Numbered from the stretch's first letter, positions 29,266 through 39,799 are shown. The stretch: 64,000 bases of DNA from an uncultured Gammaproteobacteria bacterium (GCA_965230935.1 OZ246400.1:310359-374358); one strand, 5' to 3'. Numbers and translations are program-made. Notes: generated by a model not told the origin, from the letters alone.

Positions 29266-31515
29266 CTACTCTTGATCTAATGTTTGTAAAAACTTTTCTC
29301 CTTCAATACGAAAAGTTGGATCTAACTCAATTGCCTTGCGTGTTGCGTTGCGCGAATCGTCAATACGACCAAGCGCTGCATATACTGCCCCCAAGCGAGC
29401 ATACCACGTTGCAAACCAACTTGGCTCTTCGGTCTCTGGTGGCTTGGTCACGACATATTCATAAAACTGTGCAAGTCCCGCTAAATCATCCGCATCAACA
29501 TAGCGCTGCGCAACAAGTTCATACTGACTCGAATTTTCAAAGTTATATCCCAATCGCATAACCTCACCGATCTGCGCCAATCCTTGTTGGAGAGTTGCAT
29601 CATCCTGCAATAACACAAACGCATAATACCAACGCACCAGACCAGAATTGGGTGTACGTTCTACTAACGATTGCGCAAGGGGAAGCGCTTTATCAAATTG
29701 CTGGCTAAACAAATATGCTTGAACAAGCAACAATCCCCCTTCGTCTTTTTGCGAGCTAAATTCAATCAGCTCATTAAACAACTCTTCGGCCCGCAAAAAA
29801 TACTCTGACTCTTTGCTACCCACAGCGAGCTGATAATAATATTTGCCGAGAAATGACTTTACTAAATAAGAACCTGGATGGCGGACGTATACCTGCTCTC
29901 CACGCTCAGCAAATTGCACAATATCTTCTCGCCACATACGACGAATGTGCTCAGGAAGTCCAACTTCACTCTGGTTTTCTGTTTGTTCGTATACCACTGC
30001 CGCAACTGCCCCAGCACCCCAGCGCCAGCGTTCAAAATCATAAGGCGTGTACCAATCAAATGCCCGGTTCAGCTCAGCACGTGCAGAAGTCCAATCATTA
30101 ATATAAGAATATTGCAAACCATTATTCGTAATAAGGGACGAAACCATAGCAGACACACTAAAGCGCCACATGACAACGAGCAATATCAATACACTCCCCC
30201 ATCCAATCATCTGCGCAGTGGTGGACGAAACTCGACGAGGTTCGGGTGTTGGTTGAATCTCTCGCGCCAAAAATATAACAAGTGCAACTATTGTCGTAAT
30301 CGTTAAGTATGTTGCCGCGGTATCAAACAAAAAGAAATTTTGTACACCATAGCCAGCAGCAATAGCATATACGGTTCCGGCCTGGTTGGCACTCAGCGCC
30401 CCTTCTTTGCGCAATCGTAGAACCAAACGCCACAATATAATCACTACAAATACAAAGGCAAGCCCGCCGACGATTCCGGTAGTGGCCAACACCTCCACAT
30501 ACATATTGTGTGGCTTATCAACAAACGTTTCAACATAGGCAACTTCAGTCAGTCGATTATCATAATGCCGATCAAGGATCGTCCGATAATTTTCAGGACC
30601 CCAACCCAGTAACGGACGAGCAGTAAAACCAGTCAACGCCACTGACCAGTTAATCGCGCGTGTTTTCAACGTGCTGGTACTAAGCACATCAGCATAGGAT
30701 GAATTGGCGACAATTGGCGCATCACGATAGACCCAACCTACTGATACCACCAGCACTCCAAGTATTGCCGCACCAATAAGTGTTCGTCGAATCCATCGTG
30801 GCGCTCCAGCAGTAACACCACGATAAAAAAGATATACAGCCATACCCACTACTAGCCCCAACAATGCACCACGTGGTCGAGCAAGAATCATTGCTACTAA
30901 CAAGATGAGTACTGCGATTACCAACCCGATCTTCTTCCACCGCGTTTGTACATACGTCAACAACCAAGGAGCAAGGAGAATATGCAAAGCAATATACCCA
31001 CCCAAAAATACTGGATTACCAAGAGTGCTTGCAATACGATTTGCAGAAAAGTTTGGCAAAAAGTTTGGAATAGCAAATTGAATAAACCCCAAAATCGATA
31101 CTACAACAGCAGTGCCAAAACTGATCATGATAAGACGGTTCCATTGTTCACGATCAACAATACCGCTTCCAAAAATCAGCACGAACAACAATAAGTGCGC
31201 TTGAAAAAACAGACCAGTAGAGCGTGCCATATCTGCCCACATGCTTTGATGGAGATTAACCCCAACCAAAGCACTGATGATATTCACGACAAACAATCCG
31301 ATAATAGACCACACCACCAATGACTTTCGCGGACGAGTTTGTGGCTCTTTGAGCCAAACCCATATCGCCAAGAGTGTGGCAATTCCCATTATCGTCTGCA
31401 AATACACTGCTTTTGGAAAGGAGATTGGAAACAAAGACCATTGCACATATACAAGCGGCACTCCGACAATCGCCGCGACACCGAGCCAATAAATTGTTTT
31501 CTTGATGAGCTGCAT
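29266..31515 (-). CDS. O-antigen ligase/polymerase-like (Wzy_C) membrane protein with C-terminal TPR repeats (paralog 2)
   Basis: Same architecture (RPRGALLGL ... DKPHNMYVEVLATTGIVG, then a TPR tail). Start at Met 31515 (MQLIKK); the ORF-track start 31602 overlaps the upstream paralog. Confidence 0.6.
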   Translation of the reverse strand: MQLIKKTIYWLGVAAIVGVPLVYVQWSLFPISFPKAVYLQTIMGIATLLAIWVWLKEPQTRPRKSLVVWSIIGLFVVNIISALVGVNLHQSMWADMARSTGLFFQAHLLLFVLIFGSGIVDREQWNRLIMISFGTAVVVSILGFIQFAIPNFLPNFSANRIASTLGNPVFLGGYIALHILLAPWLLTYVQTRWKKIGLVIAVLILLVAMILARPRGALLGLVVGMAVYLFYRGVTAGAPRWIRRTLIGAAILGVLVVSVGWVYRDAPIVANSSYADVLSTSTLKTRAINWSVALTGFTARPLLGWGPENYRTILDRHYDNRLTEVAYVETFVDKPHNMYVEVLATTGIVGGLAFVFVVIILWRLVLRLRKEGALSANQAGTVYAIAAGYGVQNFFLFDTAATYLTITTIVALVIFLAREIQPTPEPRRVSSTTAQMIGWGSVLILLVVMWRFSVSAMVSSLITNNGLQYSYINDWTSARAELNRAFDWYTPYDFERWRWGAGAVAAVVYEQTENQSEVGLPEHIRRMWREDIVQFAERGEQVYVRHPGSYLVKSFLGKYYYQLAVGSKESEYFLRAEELFNELIEFSSQKDEGGLLLVQAYLFSQQFDKALPLAQSLVERTPNSGLVRWYYAFVLLQDDATLQQGLAQIGEVMRLGYNFENSSQYELVAQRYVDADDLAGLAQFYEYVVTKPPETEEPSWFATWYARLGAVYAALGRIDDSRNATRKAIELDPTFRIEGEKFLQTLDQE

Positions 31516-31522
31516 ACTGGAG

Positions 31523-33559
31523 TTATTTTCGTGCTTCAATGAGAATGCGTAATCCCAAATCTTTCGCTTGTTGTTCCAATTCTTGCGCTCGCTGCTCGTC
31601 ACCAGACAAACTGTAGAGCATTCCTAAAAACCAATAGGTTCTGGCAATAGATGGGAACTCTTCTATGCGCTTTTCAAGCAGCGCGATTCCACTATCTACA
31701 TCACCAACAGATGCATAAGTCGAGGCAAGCGCATATGAGACATATAAATGATTCGGGGATAGTTGTTCAGCGTGCTTGTACGCATCAAAGGCGAGCGCAT
31801 ACCAATCAGGATGAGCGATTTCTCCAAGATTTTCATACATCTGTCCTAACAAATAAGTTCGTGTAAATATAGTGTAATCACGAGTACATCGCTGCGAATC
31901 TTCAAGAAGTTCACGAGCGACTTGCATTTGCAAATCAGCACTAATCGTTCCTGACTCACTTGCTTGTAACCACGTAAACAACTGTCGAGACCACCAATCG
32001 CACCCGTACCCATAGCTGATTGTTTTTTGATTTTGGTTGATATCCTCTTGCCAAGAAAACCACTGCCGCCCGTCAATCGCCAAACGCGCCTGCCGATGTC
32101 CATAGAGTTGATGAGCCACCAAACTTGTATATCCCACAGCTACAAGCAGAACAAGAACACCAATGACCTGTAAACCAATACGACGGGTATTTCTCAATCC
32201 TATCTTAGTTGAGCGCTCAGAAGAACGGGTAAGTGTGTGACTAAACGCCCACCCGTACAATATCCAAAAGAATAGATGGACACTTATGTGTTCGATACTA
32301 AATATACCGTACACTCCATACGCAATTATCCCACCAATCAAGATTACCCATTGCCAATCAGTGTGCATTGGCCGATCAACTGCTCGAAGCTTGCGCAAAC
32401 CAAACCACACCAACACTCCAAATAACGCTAAGTAGAGCAAAGCGCCAATAAGTCCAGATTCAACAAAAGCAGTAAGATAAAAATTATGCGCATCATCAAT
32501 AAAAATATCAGTAAGTGCCACCTGATCAATAGTGGGATCGAAATACTTTGCAAAAATATGAGGGTATGCTGCTTTTCCCCATCCAGTAAATGGTCGCTCT
32601 ACAATACCCTCCCAAGCACTTTGCCAAAAAACTAAACGCGTCTGCGAAGTTGTAGCCTGAAAATCAAGACGTACCCCCCGCGGTAATTGAACGATTGTTT
32701 GTGGAATAAATTGAACAACTACATATAACAATACTACCAACACACCGATCCATATACTTATCTTTGTTCCTCGAGTAAGTTCCATCTGCTCCACACGACG
32801 CAAACGCATACGATGCCAGATCAATACCACACCCATTGCCACCACACCTAAAATTAACCCAAGAATCGCAGCTCGAGAAGATGAGAGTAGTAGTGAGTAT
32901 ACTATCAGCACACCGACTACACCATGTGCCCCATACCACCACAATTGCTTATTCTTTGATACACTCGTAGTCTGAGACGTTGGGATGTGCACTCCACTTA
33001 TTCCAAGGAGCACTAAGTGCATTAATAAATATCCGGTATAAAATATTGGATTACCAATAGTCACTCCAAAATGAGCAGTAAGAACGTCCGGGAAAAATCC
33101 CACCACATGCACCCCAATAATATTCATCACACTCAATACTGTGGCAACGATCAATGAAAAACGCATTACACGTATCCATTGCTCGCGTGTATGCAGCACA
33201 AATGGCAAAAGCAAACCTACCATTACCAAATGCGCCACAACCCAAACACCATTACCGCGCAACAATGTTCCCCAAATACTTTCTGTTGGATTGACCCCCA
33301 CGACACTGGTAATAATCACCACTACTACATACCCAAGCGCGATTAGGATAAAAGGATTCAAATACCATTTCTTTGATAGACAAATTGCTGGAGTATTCCC
33401 CCTCTTTTTCAACATACTCCGAATTAGCACTCCTAATCCCACCAACTCAATCAATAACAACGCAATAATAATTTTAATACTCACATTGGTCTCCCCAAAT
33501 CCCACCAACACCAACAATGGCGTGAGTGTTAATAAGTACACAAAAATTGATAAACGCAT
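31523..33559 (-). CDS. O-antigen ligase/polymerase-like (Wzy_C) membrane protein with C-terminal TPR repeats (paralog 3)
   Basis: Same architecture (SSSRAAILGL ... DDAHNFYLTAFVESGLIG, then a TPR tail). Confidence 0.6.
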   Translation of the reverse strand: MRLSIFVYLLTLTPLLVLVGFGETNVSIKIIIALLLIELVGLGVLIRSMLKKRGNTPAICLSKKWYLNPFILIALGYVVVVIITSVVGVNPTESIWGTLLRGNGVWVVAHLVMVGLLLPFVLHTREQWIRVMRFSLIVATVLSVMNIIGVHVVGFFPDVLTAHFGVTIGNPIFYTGYLLMHLVLLGISGVHIPTSQTTSVSKNKQLWWYGAHGVVGVLIVYSLLLSSSRAAILGLILGVVAMGVVLIWHRMRLRRVEQMELTRGTKISIWIGVLVVLLYVVVQFIPQTIVQLPRGVRLDFQATTSQTRLVFWQSAWEGIVERPFTGWGKAAYPHIFAKYFDPTIDQVALTDIFIDDAHNFYLTAFVESGLIGALLYLALFGVLVWFGLRKLRAVDRPMHTDWQWVILIGGIIAYGVYGIFSIEHISVHLFFWILYGWAFSHTLTRSSERSTKIGLRNTRRIGLQVIGVLVLLVAVGYTSLVAHQLYGHRQARLAIDGRQWFSWQEDINQNQKTISYGYGCDWWSRQLFTWLQASESGTISADLQMQVARELLEDSQRCTRDYTIFTRTYLLGQMYENLGEIAHPDWYALAFDAYKHAEQLSPNHLYVSYALASTYASVGDVDSGIALLEKRIEEFPSIARTYWFLGMLYSLSGDEQRAQELEQQAKDLGLRILIEARK

Positions 33560-33695
33560 AATAATTCAGCTAAAATCACGTTTATTAGCCCTCTTACTAT
33601 ACCTCAGACACATTGAAAAGCAAAACTCTCCCCTTTCGGGGAGAGTTTGCTATCCAATACCAGTTAAGACCAATACTGGAGACGCTTGCCTACGA

Positions 33696-36600
33696 TTAGT
33701 AGGTAAGAGTCTTACCTGAGAATGGAAGTCCGCCCACTCCAGATGAGGTTGGCTTCAGATCATAGATCTCGCCAGTGTAGCCATCAGACCACACAATACC
33801 TTGTTGAACGGTACCACCAGCATTTGGCTGGAGAACCAATCCAAGAGTCAAGGTTTCGTTTGCGTCAGCATCGTCAGTATCAAGGGTAACGATAATTGTC
33901 TCGTCTTGACCTGATTCGATAGTAACGTTGGTGAAGTTGGCTGCAGTAATAGCAGTGTTGTCGTTTGCCAAACCAATTGCACCAGCGGTGAAGCTGTCTT
34001 CATATGAAGTACCAGATGCAGTGTTCAAGATGTTCGCTGCACTGATGTTCTTCTTATATACCTTCAATTCACGGTCGTTAGATCCTCCAGCTGCTTGTGA
34101 GATAGAGGTGTCCAACTTGAAGTTCAAGAGCTTCAAGGTGATTTCTTGGTTGTTAGCGTTAGACGCGTTGCTTAATACCCACTTCGCAATGGTTTGATCA
34201 TCACCCTTGGAGACTGATCCACTTGGTGCGTCACTTGCGTGAGCAATAGAGAGAACTGCCTTAAGTGGGTGCATGGTATTACCATTGAGGTCATTACCTG
34301 CTGCAGCTGCAAACACTTGTTCGTCAATACCGGTTGGGGTAATTGAAGTACCTGAGTTTGCACCACGACTGACAAGACTGTCAGTGTCGCTTGTGTCGTA
34401 GTCGTTGATCAACGTTGCAATGAAGGTTGAACTTGAGAGGCTGTCTGGCTGTGATGTGATATCTGCCATCAACTTCAAGGTCTTACTACTATTACGTGGA
34501 ATGATCAATGACAAGTTGCTGAACTTAGCGTATGCAGTAGATGATGCTTTAGCACCAGCGGTTACGTTTGTAGTATCAAGAGATGCTACAGCTTGACCAA
34601 CTTGGCTATCACCATCCATCAAACGCAAGTTACCAACAACACCGGTAACTGCAGTAGAACCAGTAACTGATGCGATGATTGCTGTCAATTCAGTAATCTT
34701 TACATCTTCTGGCTTACCAGCACTAAACTTCCAACGGACAAGCTCTTGATCAGCAGCTCCCATTGCCATGTAGTGCTCGTTTGGTGTGTCAGCAGAGATT
34801 GCTGCTTCAAGACTTCCAGATACCGCAATGAAGAGGTTCTGAAGACCTGCAGACATGCTTGCTGTACCACTTTGACCGGTCTCTAAGGTTTGATAGGTGA
34901 CTGAAGATGGATATACAACACCATCAGTGTCACTTACCGTACCAAGGTCGGTAGAAGTTGTACTCTTGATGTCAGCAACAATATCAACGGTGTATTGCTC
35001 ACCCTTTGCCAACTCAATTGCGTTGGTCAAGGTGTAGTCAAAGGTATCGGTATCACCAGTGGTGAGGGTACCTTTAGCTGGAGCAATATCTTCTCCGTTG
35101 TGACGCAATCGCATGTTGATGAAACCACCTGCAAGACCGTCATTACCAGTATCGTCAACTTCTGCCTTCAAGGTAATGTTGGTGATCTTACTTCCTTCAC
35201 CTGAACCTGCCTTAATCACGAAAGAGCTAACTGTTACGTACTTCGCGTTAAGAACAGCGGTTGGGTTAGTAGTTTCTGCACCGTCAGCCAATGTGGTGTT
35301 CTCTACCAAGGTAGGGGTACCACTTGAAACTGTAACGGTATGCGCTGCGGTTTGTGATGTACTGATTGAGGTCAATGAGGTCTTACCTTGTGCATTACTT
35401 GAACCTGCTTCCAGACGTGCGAACAAGGTGTTTCCTGAATCAATACCACTACCAGTGGTATCAACATATGCCTCAAGCACACTTGACTCACCTGCTTTTA
35501 CAACAAAGTTGTTTGAGAAGGTAAAGTCTGCATCGATAGTAGAACCGATGGTTGCGTGAGCAGTAGAACTAGCAACAGTAGTACCCACTTGAGTACCGTC
35601 GAGCAAGATCTTTGCGTTCTTGATCACGTTGTTGCTGTCTCCTGAACCAAATCCAACACTCAAGCTGGTCAACTTCACGTCTTCGCCAGATGCGGTCAAA
35701 TCCCACTTACCAAGCAATACGTTTGAAGCACCATCAGGAATGTCGTCAGTTGGTGAATCATCTGCTACCTGAATGGTCAAAGAACCAGTGTTGATTGTGG
35801 TTTGTGCAGTGGTTTCTACAGTAAATGCTGTAGTGTTGTCACTCACAACCGGTGCGTATACACCATATTCTTTCTCCCAAACGCGAACATCTTCGTCGTT
35901 TTGGATGCTGAATTGGAACGTACGGTTAGTTCCGGCAGCAATTTCACCACGGATGTCCAAGAACTTGGACTGACCTGAGGTGATTGCCAAACCACCATCT
36001 GCATGACCAGTGAAGTCGAACATGAGTTCATCGTCACCAAGATCTGCGTGAGTAGCACCAAACTGCTCACCAGCTACCTCAAGACTAATGTTCTTCAAGT
36101 CTTTTGAATCAACACTTCCGATCTGAGTGAATGTTACACTCTTCACAAGAATGTCTTGGTCAACTGCGTCGAACTTGAATTTACCAAGTTCTTTTTCTTC
36201 ACCAACTTTTGCGTCTACAGTTGTAGCACTTGTTGGAGAACTGGTTGCGATTTCAAGGTAACCCAAGTCAGATACTTGAGCCACGGTCATGTTTGCACCA
36301 GCTGCTGAACCAGATACAGAACCGGTACCTTCCAAAGTAGCACCAGTGATTTTTACACCAATAGTACCACCGTTGGTTGCGCTCTTGTTTACGTCAAGGC
36401 GTACCCATACTGGCATAGTGCCAGATACGGTAAAGTTGTCGGTCCACTCAATTACTCCTTCGGAGATTGAGTTGGTCTTTGCAAGGATAGTATCACCGTC
36501 CATGAGGTATACCTCATCAACGTCACCGTCCTTTGAAATACCAGTCAACTCACCAGCAACAGTGTCAACTTCTACGTCGCCACCATTTGCAGTGAAGTCA

Positions 36601-37454
36601 GCAAGCAACATTGGTGCCATACGTTGACCCAAGGTTGAACCTGACGTGTTGTCAGTTACCACTGAATCAGCGTCTGGTGAACCAGATGCTACGCTGATGC
36701 TCAAGTTTCCACCTGAAGTTGGTACTGGAGGAGTAACTTCAGCACCGGTTTGTGCGGTGTCTGAGAGTTCAAACTCACCCAATGCGTCACCTGCTTCTAC
36801 TGAAGCAAGATCTGCTTCCCATACATGAACGCTCATGAAGCCGTTTCCAGCCATTGCTGCGCTGTCAACCATTCGCTTCTTGCCGTCTTCCATGTAGTAG
36901 TAGTCATCACCGTCTTTGACGTATGAACCATCAGGCAATCCGTCAGCAGAGGTGAGATCTTCACCAATAGTGTAGTTAGGGAAGAATCCGTCTGGGATAT
37001 CTACCAATCGACCAGAAAGCCAGTTTTCGCCATAAAGAGCGTCACCGTCTTCACCAGTCTTCACCCAACGAAGGACACCACCAGGAGTGATGGCATATAC
37101 CTTTTCGTCTGAGGTGATTTTTCCAAACCAAGTTCCTGGTCGCAAGGTAATATTATCAACCAAAGGTACTGCAGCAAGGCTATCAGCACTTACAGTTGTA
37201 ATTGATGGTGAATCAAAGTCACCGTACCATGACAGGAAAGTAGCTGAGTTTGGGAACACATACCGTCCACCATCTTGTACATAGTAGACAGTCGTGAGAT
37301 CAGCACGCTTGTAGAGCTTACCGTCCTCAAGAGCTTCAGCCGCATTTGCGGTCAGACTTCCTGCGATTGCAGAAAAGCCAACTGCCCAGAGAATAGTAGC
37401 AACAACGGTTACGTACGTAACTGCGCGCTTACTCATTGTTAATACATTACTCAT
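33696..37454 (-). CDS. giant secreted/surface protein (about 1250 aa) with N-terminal signal/anchor, three about 40-aa N-terminal repeats and a long Ser/Thr/Gly/Asp-rich beta-rich repeat region (S-layer or adhesin-like)
   Basis: Start at Met 37454 (MSNVLTMSKRAV...), preceded by an AAAGGA SD. Hydrophobic segment VTYVTVVATILWAVGFSAIAGSLTANA. Repeats DGGRYVFPNSATFLSWYG / TPGGVLRWVKTGEDG / DGSYVKDGDDYYYMEDG. Remaining sequence is low-complexity and repetitive, with a C-terminal ...LPFSGKTLTY. Confidence 0.55.
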   Translation of the reverse strand: MSNVLTMSKRAVTYVTVVATILWAVGFSAIAGSLTANAAEALEDGKLYKRADLTTVYYVQDGGRYVFPNSATFLSWYGDFDSPSITTVSADSLAAVPLVDNITLRPGTWFGKITSDEKVYAITPGGVLRWVKTGEDGDALYGENWLSGRLVDIPDGFFPNYTIGEDLTSADGLPDGSYVKDGDDYYYMEDGKKRMVDSAAMAGNGFMSVHVWEADLASVEAGDALGEFELSDTAQTGAEVTPPVPTSGGNLSISVASGSPDADSVVTDNTSGSTLGQRMAPMLLADFTANGGDVEVDTVAGELTGISKDGDVDEVYLMDGDTILAKTNSISEGVIEWTDNFTVSGTMPVWVRLDVNKSATNGGTIGVKITGATLEGTGSVSGSAAGANMTVAQVSDLGYLEIATSSPTSATTVDAKVGEEKELGKFKFDAVDQDILVKSVTFTQIGSVDSKDLKNISLEVAGEQFGATHADLGDDELMFDFTGHADGGLAITSGQSKFLDIRGEIAAGTNRTFQFSIQNDEDVRVWEKEYGVYAPVVSDNTTAFTVETTAQTTINTGSLTIQVADDSPTDDIPDGASNVLLGKWDLTASGEDVKLTSLSVGFGSGDSNNVIKNAKILLDGTQVGTTVASSTAHATIGSTIDADFTFSNNFVVKAGESSVLEAYVDTTGSGIDSGNTLFARLEAGSSNAQGKTSLTSISTSQTAAHTVTVSSGTPTLVENTTLADGAETTNPTAVLNAKYVTVSSFVIKAGSGEGSKITNITLKAEVDDTGNDGLAGGFINMRLRHNGEDIAPAKGTLTTGDTDTFDYTLTNAIELAKGEQYTVDIVADIKSTTSTDLGTVSDTDGVVYPSSVTYQTLETGQSGTASMSAGLQNLFIAVSGSLEAAISADTPNEHYMAMGAADQELVRWKFSAGKPEDVKITELTAIIASVTGSTAVTGVVGNLRLMDGDSQVGQAVASLDTTNVTAGAKASSTAYAKFSNLSLIIPRNSSKTLKLMADITSQPDSLSSSTFIATLINDYDTSDTDSLVSRGANSGTSITPTGIDEQVFAAAAGNDLNGNTMHPLKAVLSIAHASDAPSGSVSKGDDQTIAKWVLSNASNANNQEITLKLLNFKLDTSISQAAGGSNDRELKVYKKNISAANILNTASGTSYEDSFTAGAIGLANDNTAITAANFTNVTIESGQDETIIVTLDTDDADANETLTLGLVLQPNAGGTVQQGIVWSDGYTGEIYDLKPTSSGVGGLPFSGKTLTY

Positions 37455-37602
37455 AGATAAGTTTCCTTTCTTGTTAATTTTTTTGACTATGCTACCCCCT
37501 TTGGGTCGACCTTTCAGCCGCATAGTATTGTGTCTCCCTCAATCATTTATATAGAGATACACATGTATCGTCACAACGTGCATGACGACGACATCTATAT
37601 CA

Positions 37603-38790
37603 CTACTCCTGTGAATCCTGATTACCAGTAGTGTGCGTTACATTTTCCTCTTGTACTTGCAGGCCACCCGGAACAAATACCTGCTCTGTGCTTGCTTTGG
37701 CTGCCACTTGACCAACTTCAACCGCTCGTGATTGCACATCATTGCTGAGTGGCGCCGCTCCATTTACTTTTTCAAGAACCTCATCAAACGCTTCATCCTC
37801 TAAGAGCTCTTTTGCGCTTTTGAGGACATTTTTAACCTCGTCAGACTTGGAAACAACTTCTTCTTGCGCTGGATCAATCACTTCAACATGCCCCACCTCT
37901 AATCCGCCAGGAATATTTTCAAGTGATTCAACAGCATCTTGTACATCTTGCTGCGCGCCTTCAACTGTAGATTCGATACGTTGAATCTGTTTGTCAATCA
38001 CCTCTTTAACGTCTTCAACAGACACGACATCCTCTCCTGCTGCCAATGACTCTACATACACTTCTACGGTTTTGGTCTCAGTTGCTGCTGCAGCCTCAAC
38101 TGCATCACGAACAATGTAGGTTACCTCTTCGGGAATCATGGTGTTATCAACCAATGTTTCATGAGTCTCATCCAAAATCTCTGCAACATCCTCGGAAACT
38201 TCTTCAACTGCTTGTGCCAAATCAATCACCTCTTCTCCTTGTAATGTGTCGAGCGCCTCTTGAACTTGTGCAGCACTGTCTTTAAACCGCTCAACAGTCT
38301 TCTGCACTCGTGTTGCTGCAGTAGTGTCGTCTTGATCAATAGTTGCTAAAATTTGTTTTACCTCTTGTAAACGACGGGTGGCATGCTCGGCTTGGAGTTT
38401 CTTCTTCGCAACTTCTCCTTGAGTAAGTCCAACCACAACCTCAGTTGTTTTTTCAATACTTAATTTTACAAAATACCCTGCATCACCTTCTGTACTATTA
38501 CTGGTTGCAAATACACCAGTAATCCAACTCCCTGTTGCCAACCCAAAAACCAACACTACCATTACCACTGGACGCACCACTGCATATACCGTGTGATTTG
38601 GAACAATAATAGCAAGCACCTCCCACAACCGAGCAAATGAGAACCAGCGGGTCTTAGGAAGTGAGGTTGAATGCTCTAGGCTTGACAACAGATTTTTTCG
38701 AGTTTGATGCACAAAATCCGCCCGTGGGGTGATATTCCCACGCACGTCAGCTAATGTGTGTAAATGTGTTTTAAGATCTTTACGATCCAT
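37603..38790 (-). CDS. anti-sigma factor-like membrane protein (DUF5667-like architecture)
   Basis: Immediately downstream of the ECF sigma gene with a 3-nt gap. Short cytoplasmic N-terminus, one TM helix (VVMVVLVFGLATGSWITGVFA), then an acidic helical extracytoplasmic domain. Confidence 0.5.
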   Translation of the reverse strand: MDRKDLKTHLHTLADVRGNITPRADFVHQTRKNLLSSLEHSTSLPKTRWFSFARLWEVLAIIVPNHTVYAVVRPVVMVVLVFGLATGSWITGVFATSNSTEGDAGYFVKLSIEKTTEVVVGLTQGEVAKKKLQAEHATRRLQEVKQILATIDQDDTTAATRVQKTVERFKDSAAQVQEALDTLQGEEVIDLAQAVEEVSEDVAEILDETHETLVDNTMIPEEVTYIVRDAVEAAAATETKTVEVYVESLAAGEDVVSVEDVKEVIDKQIQRIESTVEGAQQDVQDAVESLENIPGGLEVGHVEVIDPAQEEVVSKSDEVKNVLKSAKELLEDEAFDEVLEKVNGAAPLSNDVQSRAVEVGQVAAKASTEQVFVPGGLQVQEENVTHTTGNQDSQE

Positions 38791-38793
38791 ACA

Positions 38794-39360
38794 TTATTGA
38801 ATCTCCAATAATTTTCGCAATGCTTTCATCGCGCGATGAGCAGTGACACGAACCTGTGATTTGTTGGTTCCTAATATGTCAGCCACCTCACCAGCACTTA
38901 GGCCGTCAACATATCGAAAGAGCAATACTTCTCGATACTCTTCTTTTAATCGACTGATCGCCTTGAGCACCAACTCGTGATCTTGTTGTGTTTCAATCGC
39001 TTTAAGAAAGGCACCTTTGTCTGAAAGAAGTGTTTGTGCCACATGTTCATCAACCTGATCAACACGTGTATCACTTTCTCGAACCGCTCGCTTACGATAT
39101 AAATCGATCACGAGATTGCGTGCAATTCGATAGATCACCGCTCGAAAACTACGAATGTCAGTATGCTCAGTCAGATAGTGCCATGCCTTGAGAAATGCAT
39201 CAGCAGTGATATCTTCTGCATCCTCAACATTACTCACCTTAAAGTACACAAATCGATAAATCGGTGTAACATAGCGGTCGTACAACTGGGCGTATGCTTG
39301 CGGATCCTTTCTCGAGTGAATCCGGTACAACAGGTAATTTTCTTTGAGCTTGCTCTTCAT
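38794..39360 (-). CDS. RNA polymerase sigma-70 factor, ECF subfamily
   Basis: Region 2 (FRAVIYRIARNLVIDLYRKRAV) and region 4 HTH (LSAGEVADILGTNKSQVRVTAHRAMKALRKLL). Confidence 0.8.
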   Translation of the reverse strand: MKSKLKENYLLYRIHSRKDPQAYAQLYDRYVTPIYRFVYFKVSNVEDAEDITADAFLKAWHYLTEHTDIRSFRAVIYRIARNLVIDLYRKRAVRESDTRVDQVDEHVAQTLLSDKGAFLKAIETQQDHELVLKAISRLKEEYREVLLFRYVDGLSAGEVADILGTNKSQVRVTAHRAMKALRKLLEIQ

Positions 39361-39502
39361 TGTAATGCTCTATTAATGAAGACGGATGAGTTAGAAAAAC
39401 GTTACACTAGGTAATTATGAGTGAGAATTGAGGATGTAGTATACCATATGCCACTTTCATAAAAATTCGCTTGATTCCGCCAGTACACTCTTCGAATTAC
39501 GC

Positions 39503-39523
39503 AGGATATCTCCGAGATATCCT
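39503..39523. promoter_or_regulatory. perfect palindrome AGGATATCT-ccg-AGATATCCT
   Basis: 9-bp arms with a 3-bp spacer, about 140 bp upstream of the ECF sigma start codon in the divergent intergenic region. Confidence 0.4.
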
Positions 39524-39602
39524 GAAGTAATTCTCAAAGTGCACTGGCTCAACTAAACCAATATCATGAAAAGGTCACAATTTACACGCCTCCTAGTCCA
39601 TC

Positions 39603-39634
39603 ACTATTTTGTATAGACTGGTGTATACAAAATA
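39603..39634. promoter_or_regulatory. operator-like palindrome CTATTTTGTATA-N8-TATACAAAATAG
   Basis: Perfect 12-bp arms. Shares the TTGTATA/TATACAA half-site with the sites at 39680 and 39775. Confidence 0.45.
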
Positions 39635-39679
39635 GCGCATATGACGATAATTTAGCCATGATTCTCAAATCACTTTGAG

Positions 39680-39691
39680 TACAATATTGTA
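39680..39691. promoter_or_regulatory. palindrome TACAATATTGTA (same TTGTA half-site family)
   Basis: Perfect 12-bp palindrome between the two larger sites. Confidence 0.35.
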
Positions 39692-39774
39692 TACTTTTTT
39701 ACTGAAAAAGTCAAGAAGAAAATCACCTATTCTTTCGCTACATTGACAACAAAATCTTGGTGTGTTTTACTAAA

Positions 39775-39798
39775 ATTGTATATACTAGCCTATACAAT
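39775..39798. promoter_or_regulatory. operator-like palindrome ATTGTATA-N8-TATACAAT abutting the HTH gene start
   Basis: Perfect 8-bp arms with an 8-bp spacer, ending 2 nt before the ATG at 39800. Same half-site and spacing as the 39603 site. Confidence 0.45.
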
Positions 39799-39799
39799 T

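Noticed and set aside
34995-36828. Several 60-150-aa + strand ORFs inside the giant surface-protein gene
   Set aside because: Antisense to a continuous 1250-aa frame with signal sequence and repeats. Composition (S/T/A/P/V-rich) mirrors the sense strand.
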